Made by a program: the position numbers and the translations under genes
Notes under the pieces: model-generated
What the model saw: the letters and a program-made list of their open reading frames with translations, nothing else
The model's database searches: none
What the model was told of the DNA's origin: nothing
Origin: Chloroflexota bacterium
Lineage (GTDB): Bacteria; Chloroflexota; Dehalococcoidia; Lucifugimonadales; Australimonadaceae
DNA length: 64,000 bases
Reading direction: 5' to 3'
NCBI GenBank assembly: GCA_028874795.1
Contig: JAPPHT010000008.1
Span: 77,968-141,967 of the forward strand
In this document: piece by piece, positions 34,553 to 43,550 of the stretch
Numbering within the stretch: the first letter of the stretch is position 1
Layout of the letters: each line of letters starts with the position of its first letter

Positions 34553-35485
34553 ATGAAACTCGGCTTTTTCAACGACTGGACGCTCGGCGTCGTCAAGAAT
34601 GACACCCACATCGTGGACGTTTCGGAAGTGCTGGAGGGCGTACACGCCCACGGCGCGCAGGAGATGATCAAGCTCGTCATCTCCCACTTCGAGCAGGTGC
34701 GCGACCCCTTCCAGAAGCTCTGCGACGTCTCGGAGGGCGTGCCCCTGAGCAGCGTGCGCATCCGCCCGCCGATCCCCCGGCCTGAGCAGATCTACTGCAT
34801 GGCCGTGAACTACCTGGAGTTCGGCCAGCGGCCCATGCCGGAGATAGACGCCTTCCAGAAGTCGTCCGACTGCGTCATCGGCGACGGCGACACCATCCAC
34901 CTCAGCCCGGACTGCAACGCTACCATCTTCCACCACGAGGCCGAGCTCGCCGTCGTGATGGGCTCGGACGCGAAGAACGTCTCGCAGGAAGAGGCGATGG
35001 ACAAGGTGTTCGGCTACACCGGCTTCATCGACGTCTCCGCGCGCGGCTTCGAGCCCGGCGGCCGCACCAGCTTCTTCCAGGTCAAGTCCTGGCCCACCTT
35101 CGGCCCCATGGGGCCGTTCATCATCACGAAGGACGAGGTCCCCGACCCGCACGACGTGAGCCTGCACATCACGAACAACGGCGAGAACCGCCAGGCGTTC
35201 AACACCGACGACATGGCGCACAAGATCCCGGAGTGCATCGAGTTCATCTCCCGCATCGCCCATCTGCGGGCCGGAGACATCATCAGCACCGGCACGAACC
35301 ACCAGGGCCTCGGCGCGCTGCAGGACGGCGACTACATCGAGTTCACCGTCGGCGGCATCGGCACCCTGCACCTCCACGTGGAGGACCCCGCGAAGCGCGA
35401 GTGGCGGCGCGGCGTCGACGAGGAGATGGCGGCGCGCATGCGCGAGGCGGGCGGCACGTCCATGGGCATGGGCCCGCGCTCCTGA
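34553..35485 (+). CDS. Fumarylacetoacetate hydrolase (FAH) family protein
   Basis: 310 aa. FAH-domain pattern (HHEAELAVVMG, GYTGFIDVSAR, KSWPTFGPMGP, AGDIISTGT). GAAGGAGG upstream. Confidence 0.8.
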   Translation: MKLGFFNDWTLGVVKNDTHIVDVSEVLEGVHAHGAQEMIKLVISHFEQVRDPFQKLCDVSEGVPLSSVRIRPPIPRPEQIYCMAVNYLEFGQRPMPEIDAFQKSSDCVIGDGDTIHLSPDCNATIFHHEAELAVVMGSDAKNVSQEEAMDKVFGYTGFIDVSARGFEPGGRTSFFQVKSWPTFGPMGPFIITKDEVPDPHDVSLHITNNGENRQAFNTDDMAHKIPECIEFISRIAHLRAGDIISTGTNHQGLGALQDGDYIEFTVGGIGTLHLHVEDPAKREWRRGVDEEMAARMREAGGTSMGMGPRS

Positions 35486-35507
35486 GCCACGCGCAGGGCA
35501 CGCGTCT

Positions 35508-35579
35508 GGTCCCCTCTCCCTTGAGGGGAGAGGATTAGAGCCTGCCCCGCACTTGATGCGGGGGTGAGGGTGAACCGGG
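35508..35579 (+). repeat. Family A composite hairpin repeat
   Basis: ggtcccctctcccttgaggggagaggattagagcctgccccgcacttgatgcgggggtgagggtgaaccggg. Confidence 0.8.
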
Positions 35580-35592
35580 AGCGGAGGAAGCG

Positions 35593-36393
35593 ATGACGAG
35601 TGGCAACCCCGCGATACGCGTAGCCGTCCACGGCGCGGCGGGCCGCGTCGGGCGCGAGGTGCTCCGCGCCGTCGCCGGCGCCCCGGACATGACGCTCACC
35701 GCCGCGATCGACCGCATCCCGCAGAGCGAACTCGCGTCGCTGCCGGTCGACGTCCCCTACTACACCAGCGTTCAGGAGGCGCTGACGGCGCAGCCATCGG
35801 ACGCCGTCGTGGACTTCAGCCTCGCGCAGGCGACGCTGGAGATGCTCCCGCAGGCGCTCGCGCTCGGCGCTCGGCCCGTCATCGGCACGACGGGCTTCAC
35901 GCCGGAGCAGATCGAGCGCATCGGTGCGCTCTGCGCCGAGCACAACCTCGGCGGTTTCCTCGCCCCCAACTTCACGATCGGCGCGGTGCTCCTCACGAAA
36001 CTCGCCGCCATCGCCGCACCCTACTTCGAGTACGCCGACATCGTGGAGGAGCACCACGAGATGAAGGTCGACGCGCCGTCCGGTACCGCGCTTGGCATCG
36101 CGAAGGCCGTGCACGAGGCGCACCCGGAGCGGTTCGCCCACAACGACCCGGAGCGCGAGCCGCTCGCGGGAACGCGCGGCGGCGACTACGAGGGCATCAG
36201 CATCCACGCCGCGCGCATGCCTGGTCGCATGGCGCATCACCAGGTGACCTTCGGCGGTCCGGGGCAGACCCTCTCCCTCCGCCACGACACCACCGACCGC
36301 GAGTGCTACATGCCCGGCGTCCTCATGGCCGTCCGCAAGGTCGGCGGCCTCACCGGCCTCACCGTGGGGCTGGACAAGCTCATGGGGCTGTAG
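35593..36393 (+). CDS. dapB: 4-hydroxy-tetrahydrodipicolinate reductase
   Basis: VAVHGAAGRVG, IGTTGF, EEHHEMKVDAPSGTA. 266 aa. Confidence 0.9.
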   Translation: MTSGNPAIRVAVHGAAGRVGREVLRAVAGAPDMTLTAAIDRIPQSELASLPVDVPYYTSVQEALTAQPSDAVVDFSLAQATLEMLPQALALGARPVIGTTGFTPEQIERIGALCAEHNLGGFLAPNFTIGAVLLTKLAAIAAPYFEYADIVEEHHEMKVDAPSGTALGIAKAVHEAHPERFAHNDPEREPLAGTRGGDYEGISIHAARMPGRMAHHQVTFGGPGQTLSLRHDTTDRECYMPGVLMAVRKVGGLTGLTVGLDKLMGL

Positions 36394-36488
36394 GGAGGGC
36401 TCTTCGGGGTAGTAATGTCGACGGGGATCAGAACGGGGATGCGTTGGTCGGGTGGGCAGGGTACTCATACATTTGAGGAGGACACCAC

Positions 36489-36707
36489 ATGGCAAACGGG
36501 CTCTTGTGGGGTGGTCTGGCTCTCATTGTTCTCGGCACTGCTGGTTGCATCATCGGTCTTGGTGGCGGCTTCGGCGCGGCATTGGAGGGTGATGCCGCCA
36601 CGGCGGAGTTTGGTGGGTCCATGGCAGCATTCTCCGCAGTGGGTTTTCTGCTCGGGCTGCTGCTGGTCGGCGTCGGCGCCATCTTGAAGATGTTCGGCAA
36701 GCGTTAG
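36489..36707 (+). CDS. Small two-helix membrane protein, unknown function
   Basis: 72 aa. GAGGAGG lies 8 nt upstream of the ATG. Two Gly-rich hydrophobic helices. Confidence 0.55.
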   Translation: MANGLLWGGLALIVLGTAGCIIGLGGGFGAALEGDAATAEFGGSMAAFSAVGFLLGLLLVGVGAILKMFGKR

Positions 36708-36725
36708 CCTGCTGAGGCAAGAGGC

Positions 36726-36770
36726 CTGTCATGCCGAGCGGAGCGAAGCGGAGTCGAAGCATCTCTCGGG
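36726..36770 (+). repeat. Family B hairpin repeat copy
   Basis: ctgtcatgccgagcggagcgaagcggagtcgaagcatctctcggg. Confidence 0.75.
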
Positions 36771-36959
36771 TTGCTCCGCTCTCCCGACTGCTGGAGTCCT
36801 TCACTCAGCCTGCGACACAAACCTATTGCCCACGGCCTAGCAAAAACTGTTATCCTTGCTTCATCGCACGTACGGATGTGCCCATGGGCCGACTATGGCG
36901 ACGTGACGACTGGCTCCTAACCGAAACATGCAACCCCTTGACTTTTGTAGTAGCATGCC

Positions 36960-36983
36960 GCCGCATGTCAACTGACATGCGGC
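36960..36983. promoter_or_regulatory. Perfect 11-bp inverted repeat (gccgcatgtca ac tgacatgcggc) 43 nt upstream of asd
   Basis: Read directly from the sequence. Lies in the low-GC leader of asd. Confidence 0.4.
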
Positions 36984-37025
36984 TGTTCCATGTTGCGACT
37001 TGATGCTGACCCAGAGGAGAGAACC

Positions 37026-38099
37026 GTGGCTAATCCAAGGGTAGTGGTGGTCGGTGCGACCGGCGCGGTCGGCGGAAGGCTGCTCACCGTACTGGAGGAG
37101 CGCAACTTCCCCATGGCGAGGCTGCGCCTCACTGCGTCCCGCCGTTCCGTCGGAACACCGCTGGTATACGCTGGCGAGACAATCCTTGTCGAAGAGGCTA
37201 CTCAAGACATCTTCGACGAATGTGATATCGCCTTCATAGCAGCGAACGACGACGTCAGCAGCGAGATGGCTCAGGCTGCGAGAGAGCGGAGGTGCGTCGC
37301 TATTGACAAGAGCGGTGCGTGGCGCATGCGCGATGATGTCCCACTCGTCGTACCCGAGGTCAACGCGTTTGACCTTGACTGGCACACCGGCATCATTGCC
37401 ACCCCAAACTGCTCAACGACTCCACTTGTCATGGTCTTGGACGCCCTCAGTAAGGCAAACCCGGTGAAACGGGCCATTGCGGCTACGTATCAATCGGTTT
37501 CAGGCACTGGTCGGGCAGCGATGGACGAGTTGCAGGATCAATCACGCGACCTCTTGGAGGGAGGCAAGGCTCACCCGCAGCAATACCCATATCAGATTGC
37601 TTTCAACCTGCTACCTCAAATCGGCTCCTTCAACGAGAGTGGCTATGCTTCTGAAGAAGTGAAGATGCTGGAGGAGACACGAAAGATGCTCCACCAGAAG
37701 GACCTGCCTGTGTCAGCGACATGTGTTCGAGTACCTGTGTCCGTCTGTCACAGTGAAGCCGTCAACATCGAGTTGGAGCGTCCCATGAGTCCAAGCGAGG
37801 CACGCGACCTACTCGGACGCTACCCCGGCATCATTGTCGTGGACGACCCTTCAGCAAGGGCCTACCCAATGCCCATCGGCGTTGAAGGCAGTGACGAAGT
37901 GTTTGTTGGACGTATCCGCAAGGACGAGGCGCTCCCGAACGGGCTCGCGATGTGGCTCGTGTCCGACAACCTCCGCAAGGGCGCCGCGACGAATGCAGTG
38001 CAGATCGCTGAGGAAGTCTTGAATCGTGGCCTCTGGGGCAAGAATCATGAACTCTGGCAGAAGAACACTTCAAAGACACTAGCGGCCGCAGCCGTCTAG
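37026..38099 (+). CDS. asd: Aspartate-semialdehyde dehydrogenase
   Basis: VVGATGAVG, active-site PNCSTT, SVSGTG. GTG 37026 is preferred because GAGGAG is upstream. The track ORF starts at 36990. Confidence 0.9.
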   Translation: MANPRVVVVGATGAVGGRLLTVLEERNFPMARLRLTASRRSVGTPLVYAGETILVEEATQDIFDECDIAFIAANDDVSSEMAQAARERRCVAIDKSGAWRMRDDVPLVVPEVNAFDLDWHTGIIATPNCSTTPLVMVLDALSKANPVKRAIAATYQSVSGTGRAAMDELQDQSRDLLEGGKAHPQQYPYQIAFNLLPQIGSFNESGYASEEVKMLEETRKMLHQKDLPVSATCVRVPVSVCHSEAVNIELERPMSPSEARDLLGRYPGIIVVDDPSARAYPMPIGVEGSDEVFVGRIRKDEALPNGLAMWLVSDNLRKGAATNAVQIAEEVLNRGLWGKNHELWQKNTSKTLAAAAV

Positions 38100-38127
38100 A
38101 GTCCGAAGCAAGAGCAGTTGATTATGG

Positions 38128-38160
38128 GATGACGGGGCAAGTGCCCCGTCATCTTCTTGT
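38128..38160 (+). terminator. Rho-independent terminator of asd
   Basis: An 11-bp stem gatgacggggc / gccccgtcatc with loop aagt is followed by ttcttgt. Confidence 0.7.
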
Positions 38161-38182
38161 GTGACTCGACTGCCTCGGCTTA

Positions 38183-40045
38183 CTAGCCCAACAGCACCCG
38201 CTCGTCGCCCACGCGGCGCGTAACCTTCTCGTCGTCCAGGTGCTCCAGCAGCGCGAGCGTGTACTTGCGCGACGTCCCCAGCAGGTCGCGGACCTCCGCG
38301 ACCGTCACCCTGCCCTGCGCGCGCAGCAGCGACGTCACGTCGCCCGCGATGCGCTCGTAGGTCGCGGCGTCGAACACGACGCCCTGCGACGCGCGCACGA
38401 CGCGCCCCTGGTCTGCCAGCAGCGCCAGCAGTTCCGGCGCTATCGTCGGCGATTCCTGCGGGAACGGGTCGCGCTCCAGCGCCGCGACGTACGCGTCCAT
38501 CACCGCCCGCTGCTGTGTCGTCACCACGACGCTGTGTTCCGGCAGGTGCAGTACGCCACCCGACGCTGCCACGACGCCGTCCGCGACCAGCCGGTCGAGC
38601 GCTGGCTGTGTGGCGTTCCCCCGCAGGCCGAGTCTGCTGCGCAGCTCCTCGCGTGTCATCCCCTCGCGCAGCGGAAACTCCCGGTGGAACGCCCCCAGCG
38701 TCGTGCGCGCGCTCCCGCACAGCCGCCCCCACCCTGCTGCCGTGTAGAGCTGCGTACCCTCCGTTACCCCCTCCCCACCGAGCGCGATCGCCGAGCCCTC
38801 CCCAACCGCCTCCCGTGCGAGCGCAAGCGCCTCGGCTTCCGAGACGTTGGCGCGGCGCGCGAGCGTTCCGACGCTCGCGGGCTCCTGGTCCTCGAGCGCC
38901 GACACCAGCTGCGCCGTGGGGCTTCCTTCCGCGAGTCGCGACAGCCGTTCGAACAGCGGCGCGCGGCGTCGGCGATGACGCTTCACGTCCACGTCCACGA
39001 CCGTTCCTCCGCCGAGCGTAGCGTCCGCAGAGCGCAGCACGAAGTGATCGCCCCGCACGACGGCAACCGGCTCCTCCAGCCACAATTGCGCCCACGCCTC
39101 TCCGCCGGGCGCGAGCTCGTCTTCCTCCAGCAGCCGCACCTTGGCCGGGGCCTCCGCAGCAAACGCGTGGAACGTCGCGGGAAAGTTGTGACGGATGCCG
39201 TGCGGCGCGTCGCTCAGCATGTGGAGACGCACGTCGACCGCGCGTGTGGCCCGCAGCCAGCCCGGCCTCGTCAGCACCCCGCCCCGCTCTATCTCCTGCG
39301 CGCTCACGCCGCTCAGGTTCACGGCGACCCGGTTGCCGGGAGCGGCAGCGTCGATCTTCTGTCGGTGCGATTGCAGCCCGCGGATGCGCGCTTGCACGCC
39401 CCCCGGCACGATCTCGACCGGCTGCCCCGCTTCGAGCGAGCCGTCGATCAGCGTCCCCGTCACCACGGTGCCGAAGCCCGCTACCGCGAACGAGCGGTCG
39501 ACGGGCAGGCGCGGGCGTCCCACGTCGCGGCGCTGCTGCGTCTCGTCCAGCGCGGCGTCTATCGCGGCGGCGAACTCCTGCACGCCCTCGCCGGTCGTCG
39601 CTGAGACCGCGTGGACCGGCGACCCCGCGAGCGTCGTCGCCGCCAGCAGCTCCTCGACCTCCAGCTGCACGAGCGCCAGGATGTCGGCATCGGCGAGGTC
39701 GGATTTCGTGATGACCGCGAGTCCGCGCCGCACGCCGAGCAGGTCGAGTATCGCCAGGTGCTCGCGTGTCTGCGGCATCACGGACTCGTCAGCCGCCACA
39801 ATCAGCAGCGCGAGGTCTATGCCGCCCACGCCCGCCAGCATGTTCTTGATGAAACGCTCGTGGCCCGGCACGTCCACGATGCTTACCTCGCGCCCGCTGG
39901 GCAGTGTCACCCAGGCGAAGCCGAGGTCTATCGTCATGCCGCGCCGCTTCTCCTCCGCGAGGCGGTCAGGATCGATGCCCGTCAGCGCCTGCACGAGCGT
40001 CGACTTCCCATGGTCCACGTGCCCTGCTGTGCCGATGACGTACAT
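38183..40045 (-). CDS. selB: Selenocysteine-specific translation elongation factor SelB
   Basis: MYVIGTAGHVDHGKSTL...RGMTIDLGF...DVPGHERF...KSD in the GTPase domain, followed by EF-Tu-like domains II and III and a C-terminal winged-helix region of about 270 aa. Start at ATG 40045, supported by the promoter 6 nt upstream. Confidence 0.9.
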   Translation of the reverse strand: MYVIGTAGHVDHGKSTLVQALTGIDPDRLAEEKRRGMTIDLGFAWVTLPSGREVSIVDVPGHERFIKNMLAGVGGIDLALLIVAADESVMPQTREHLAILDLLGVRRGLAVITKSDLADADILALVQLEVEELLAATTLAGSPVHAVSATTGEGVQEFAAAIDAALDETQQRRDVGRPRLPVDRSFAVAGFGTVVTGTLIDGSLEAGQPVEIVPGGVQARIRGLQSHRQKIDAAAPGNRVAVNLSGVSAQEIERGGVLTRPGWLRATRAVDVRLHMLSDAPHGIRHNFPATFHAFAAEAPAKVRLLEEDELAPGGEAWAQLWLEEPVAVVRGDHFVLRSADATLGGGTVVDVDVKRHRRRRAPLFERLSRLAEGSPTAQLVSALEDQEPASVGTLARRANVSEAEALALAREAVGEGSAIALGGEGVTEGTQLYTAAGWGRLCGSARTTLGAFHREFPLREGMTREELRSRLGLRGNATQPALDRLVADGVVAASGGVLHLPEHSVVVTTQQRAVMDAYVAALERDPFPQESPTIAPELLALLADQGRVVRASQGVVFDAATYERIAGDVTSLLRAQGRVTVAEVRDLLGTSRKYTLALLEHLDDEKVTRRVGDERVLLG

Positions 40046-40051
40046 ACCGCG

Positions 40052-40060
40052 AGCATAGCA
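40052..40060 (-). promoter_or_regulatory. Extended -10 promoter (TGcTATGCT) 6 nt upstream of the selB ATG; implies a leaderless mRNA
   Basis: The reverse strand reads gccTGcTATGCTcgcggtATGtac. Confidence 0.5.
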
Positions 40061-40080
40061 GGCGCTGCGCACGCCGCCGA

Positions 40081-40264
40081 TAGAACACCTCTCCCTGGGG
40101 GGAGCCTGCCCTGAGCTTGCCGAACGGGTCGCCGCGAAACGGCGGGTGAGGGCCCTGCGATGGGTGGAGGCTTGTCATGTCGAGCGGAGCGAAGCGGAGT
40201 CGAGAAATCTCTCGGGCCTTCCCGTCGTTCCCGCGCTTCAGCGCGCGCGGAGGCAGGAACCTCG
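40081..40264 (+). repeat. Repeat cluster (family A long-insert variant, family B, family D)
   Basis: The segment 40081-40165 reads ...ctctccctggggggagcctgccctgagcttgccgaacgggtcgccgcgaaacggcgggtgagggccc.... It is followed by cttgtcatgtcgagcggagcgaagcggagtcgag at 40171-40216 and cccgtcgttcccgcgcttcagcgcgcgcggaggcaggaacctcg at 40221-40264. Confidence 0.8.
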
Positions 40265-40287
40265 CCCCGCAGAGCAGCCCCTCGCCC

Positions 40288-40296
40288 TGCTATCAT
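40288..40296 (+). promoter_or_regulatory. Extended -10 promoter (TGcTATCAT) 10 nt upstream of ATG 40307
   Basis: The sequence reads ccTGcTATCATgtctgagaccATGgca. The -10 overlaps the alternative ATG at 40295. Confidence 0.45.
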
Positions 40297-40306
40297 GTCT
40301 GAGACC

Positions 40307-41593
40307 ATGGCAAGCGACGCATCAGCACTCTCCGGCCCCGGGTCGTTCCGCGCGGCCGGGGCCACCTACATCGCCACCATCGCCGTCGGTCACGGGCTCA
40401 AGCACTGGTACATCGCGGCCTTCGCCGTCTTCCTCCCGCTCATCGTCGAAGAGTATGAGCTCACCGCCACCGGCGTCACCATCATCGCCATCATCAAGCA
40501 GTTCGGTGGCGGCTTCCCCAACTTCTTCGTCGGCTACGTATCGGACCGGCTCAGCGGCTACTGGCACTGGATACTCCCGCTCTCGTTCTTCTTCGCCGCG
40601 CTCTTCATGATGCTCTCGGGGATCATGCCCTGGGTCTGGCCGGTCATCGCCTTCGCTTCCCTCGGCGGGCTCGCCGCCTCGTTCTGGCACCCACCTGCCA
40701 TCTCCATGCTCAGTACGCGCTTCCCAGACCGCAAGGGCATGGCCATTGCCTACCACGGTTCCGGCTCCGGCGCGGGCGAGGCGCTCGGCCCGCTCGCCGT
40801 CGGGTTCGTCCTCGCCTTCTGGCTCGCCGACGACTGGCGGCTCTACACGCTCCTCAGCTTCTTCCCTGCCGTCGTCATCACCATAGCCATGTTCTGGCTC
40901 CTCGCCGGAGCGCCCAGGAAGCAGCCCGACGCTCAAGCCCAGCTCCCCCGGCTGACCGACCCCATTCGCCTGCTCCGCTACCCGGTCTACGTCAGCCTGG
41001 CCTATGCCAATTTCACCCGTTCCTTCTCCCACTTCGGGCTCATCAGCTTCATGCCCGTCTACCTCGCACAGGACCTCGATATGGACAGCTTCGGCGTCGG
41101 ATTCCACGTCGGGTTGCTCACGCTCCTCGGAGTCGTCTTCGGGCCCCTCTTCGGCTACTTCTCTGACCGCGTAGGACGACGCCTCCCCATCGTCGCCGCC
41201 ATGTTCGTCATCGGCACAGGTCTGTTCGTTATCGCCGCGGTCGGGGAGACCAACATCATGTTGGACTTCACCCTGCCGTTCACGTCCGTCGCCGTTCACG
41301 CGGAGTTCCTCGTCATCACGCTCGCCCTCGCATTCATCGGACTCTTCCTCTGGTCGAGCCAGGACGTCGTCAACGCCACTGCCATGGACGCCTCACCACC
41401 CGGTTTGCAGGGCTCGACCGTCGGCCTCATGTTTCTTAGCAGCCTCAGCGGCGCGACGTTCGGCGCCCTCGTGATGGGCGCGGTGGCCAGACTGACCGGC
41501 ACATACGAGAGCATCTTCTGGCTTGGCGGCGCAGTCGCGGCCCCCGGCGCGCTCATCTTCCTCTTCGCACCGCTCCGCCGCGCATCCGCCTGA
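40307..41593 (+). CDS. MFS transporter
   Basis: About 12 predicted hydrophobic helices and an MFS loop motif region (GYVSDRLSG). The start is ATG 40307 or, 4 codons earlier, 40295. The upstream part of track ORF 40160.. is repeat-derived. Confidence 0.8.
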   Translation: MASDASALSGPGSFRAAGATYIATIAVGHGLKHWYIAAFAVFLPLIVEEYELTATGVTIIAIIKQFGGGFPNFFVGYVSDRLSGYWHWILPLSFFFAALFMMLSGIMPWVWPVIAFASLGGLAASFWHPPAISMLSTRFPDRKGMAIAYHGSGSGAGEALGPLAVGFVLAFWLADDWRLYTLLSFFPAVVITIAMFWLLAGAPRKQPDAQAQLPRLTDPIRLLRYPVYVSLAYANFTRSFSHFGLISFMPVYLAQDLDMDSFGVGFHVGLLTLLGVVFGPLFGYFSDRVGRRLPIVAAMFVIGTGLFVIAAVGETNIMLDFTLPFTSVAVHAEFLVITLALAFIGLFLWSSQDVVNATAMDASPPGLQGSTVGLMFLSSLSGATFGALVMGAVARLTGTYESIFWLGGAVAAPGALIFLFAPLRRASA

Positions 41594-41704
41594 CCTGCAT
41601 CCCCCGTCTGGCGTGGTTTCCTTCTCCCTTGATAGGCTGACAGGGGTATGTAGTTGGGGGCGATGGGCGTGGGCGAGGAGCGGTAGGGGCAGGTATAGAC
41701 CGCG

Positions 41705-41760
41705 TTCGTCATTCCCGCACAAGCGGGAATCCAGAGTGCGCGGGCAGCGCACGCGGTGGG
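41705..41760 (+). repeat. Family C hairpin repeat copy
   Basis: ttcgtcattcccgcacaagcgggaatccagagtgcgcgggcagcgcacgcggtggg is nearly identical to 16517-16572. Confidence 0.8.
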
Positions 41761-41921
41761 TCTGTGGGAGGAGGGGCCACCTGCCATGCCACGGCCTTGG
41801 TCCTCTCAAAATGCCCCTATTCCCCCTCGAGGGGGAAGGCCAGGATGGGGGTGACTCGCTACGCGTCCCCCCGCGTCCGTGGTAGCCTGCGGACGCACCA
41901 TACGCACACGGAGGACACTGC

Positions 41922-42560
41922 ATGACGTCCGAGAAGGCGCGCACCGAACGCATCCAGCGGGTCTACGACTCGAAGGACTACGATGAACTGACCACCGAGT
42001 ACGACGGCTGGGCTACGGAGTACGACGCCGACCTCGAGTCCCTCGGCTTCATCGGCCCCCGCACCGCGGCGGAGACGCTTGCGAAGTACATCTCAGACCC
42101 CGAGTCCAAGCTGCTCGACGCGGGCGCGGGCACCGGCATGGTCGGCCAGGAACTCGCGCGGCTCGGCTTCAAGCGCATCACGGCGCTCGATCTCTCTCCC
42201 GGCATGCTCATGACCGCCAACGAGAAGTTCGTGTACGAGGAACTCGTCGTGGGCGAACTCGGAAAGCCCCTCTCCTTCGAAACGGACGCCTTCGATTCCA
42301 CGACCTGCGTGGGCACGTTCACCTTCGGCCACGCCCCGGCGGAGTCGCTCGACGAACTCGTCCGCATCACGAAGCCGGGCGGCTACATCGTCTTCACCAT
42401 CCGCACGGACTACTACACCGAGGGTGGCTTCGACGTGAAGCAGGACGCGCTGGCAGATGCGGGTAAGTGGGAACTCGTCGAGCAGACGGACCCGTTCCAG
42501 CCCATGCCCAACGGCGAACCCGACATCTGGTACTACGTCTGGGCCTACCGCGTCCTCTGA
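41922..42560 (+). CDS. Class I SAM-dependent methyltransferase
   Basis: 212 aa with motif I LLDAGAGTGMVG and a post-I acidic residue (ALDLS). GGAGGA upstream. Confidence 0.8.
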   Translation: MTSEKARTERIQRVYDSKDYDELTTEYDGWATEYDADLESLGFIGPRTAAETLAKYISDPESKLLDAGAGTGMVGQELARLGFKRITALDLSPGMLMTANEKFVYEELVVGELGKPLSFETDAFDSTTCVGTFTFGHAPAESLDELVRITKPGGYIVFTIRTDYYTEGGFDVKQDALADAGKWELVEQTDPFQPMPNGEPDIWYYVWAYRVL

Positions 42561-42567
42561 TTCCCTC

Positions 42568-42855
42568 CCGTCGTTCCCGCTCTTCCGTCATTCCCGCGAA
42601 GGCGGGAACCTCGCAGCCTTGCAGTGCAGGGGAGCGGAGCGCCCCGCCATTCCCGCGAAGGCGGGAATCCAGATGTGCGTGTAGCGCACAGGGTCACACG
42701 GCGGGGCGAGGGGCCGGAGGTGAGGGTTGGTGGGGCGAGGCGGCGGCTGTCATGCTGAGCGGAGCGCAGCGAAGTCCGCGCTTTAGCGCGCAGCATCCTC
42801 TCGGGTCGCCTGGTCCCCTCTCCCTCAGGAGAGGGTCAGGGTGAGGGCCCTGAGG
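42568..42855 (+). repeat. Repeat cluster (family D fragment, two family C, one family B, one uninterrupted family A)
   Basis: Components:
- ccgtcattcccgcgaaggcgggaacc at 42585.
- gccattcccgcgaaggcgggaatccagatgtgcg at 42646.
- gctgtcatgctgagcggagcgcagcgaagtc at 42747.
- ggtcccctctccctcaggagagggtcagggtgagggccc at 42811-42855. Confidence 0.8.
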
Positions 42856-42910
42856 GGTGGGTGAGTGAGGTGCTCTGGCAGGGAGCGCTCCATCCGGGAA
42901 GAGGGTTGCC

Positions 42911-42919
42911 TGCTAGAAT
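42911..42919 (+). promoter_or_regulatory. Extended -10 promoter (TGcTAGAAT) 7 nt upstream of the hisH GTG; implies a leaderless mRNA
   Basis: The sequence reads gccTGcTAGAATctctcccGTGggc. Confidence 0.5.
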
Positions 42920-42926
42920 CTCTCCC

Positions 42927-43547
42927 GTGGGCCCCATCGCGATCATAGACTACGGCGCGGGCAACCTCCGGAGCGTCCAGAAGGCATTCGAGCGCCTCGG
43001 CTACCCCGCGCACTTCGTCTCGTCCCCCGGTGAACTCGATTCGGCGGCTGCCGTCGTCTTCCCTGGGCAGGGCGCGTCGCCGCAGGCCGTCGCTGCCCTC
43101 AACGCCCACGGCATGGCCGACCCCATCCGCGACTGGATCGCCGACGGCAGACCGTTCTTTGGCGTCTGCCTCGGCCTGCAGCTCCTTCTCGACCACTCCG
43201 AGGAGGGCGACACCCCGGCCCTCGGCATCGTGCCGGGCTACGTCAGGCGCTTCGAGCCGGGGCTGAAGGTGCCCCACATGGGCTGGAACTCCGTCGCGCT
43301 CAGGCATCCGCACCCGTTGTTCGACGGCGTGCCGGAGGCCAGCTACTTCTACTTCGTCCACTCCTACTACGCCGCTCCTGACGACCCGTCCTGGATAGCG
43401 GGCGAGACGACCTACGGCGTCGACTTCACCAGCTTCATCGCCAGGGAGAACGTCGTCGCCACGCAGTTCCACCCCGAGAAGAGCGGCGCAGCGGGCCTCA
43501 TGCTCTACGACAACTTCGTCAAACACCTCGTGCGGGAGCGCGCCTGA
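42927..43547 (+). CDS. hisH: Imidazole glycerol phosphate synthase, glutamine amidotransferase subunit
   Basis: IAIIDYGAGNLRSV, GVCLGLQLL (catalytic Cys), HMGWN, FHPEKS. GTG 42927 gives the family-typical N-terminus. Confidence 0.88.
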   Translation: MGPIAIIDYGAGNLRSVQKAFERLGYPAHFVSSPGELDSAAAVVFPGQGASPQAVAALNAHGMADPIRDWIADGRPFFGVCLGLQLLLDHSEEGDTPALGIVPGYVRRFEPGLKVPHMGWNSVALRHPHPLFDGVPEASYFYFVHSYYAAPDDPSWIAGETTYGVDFTSFIARENVVATQFHPEKSGAAGLMLYDNFVKHLVRERA

Positions 43548-43550
43548 CGC

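Noticed and set aside
36861-37385. A 174-aa minus-strand ORF overlapping the asd start
   Set aside because: It is antisense to the well-supported asd and its leader, and has no motif.
38240-39604. A 454-aa plus-strand ORF and several neighbouring ORFs over selB
   Set aside because: They are antisense or alternative frames of selB, whose own translation is unmistakable.
40046-40294. Looked for tRNA-Sec or a SECIS-bearing gene next to selB
   Set aside because: The interval is fully explained by repeat families A, B and D. No long-variable-arm tRNA with a TCA anticodon could be folded, either here or at other cttcaa sites in the window.
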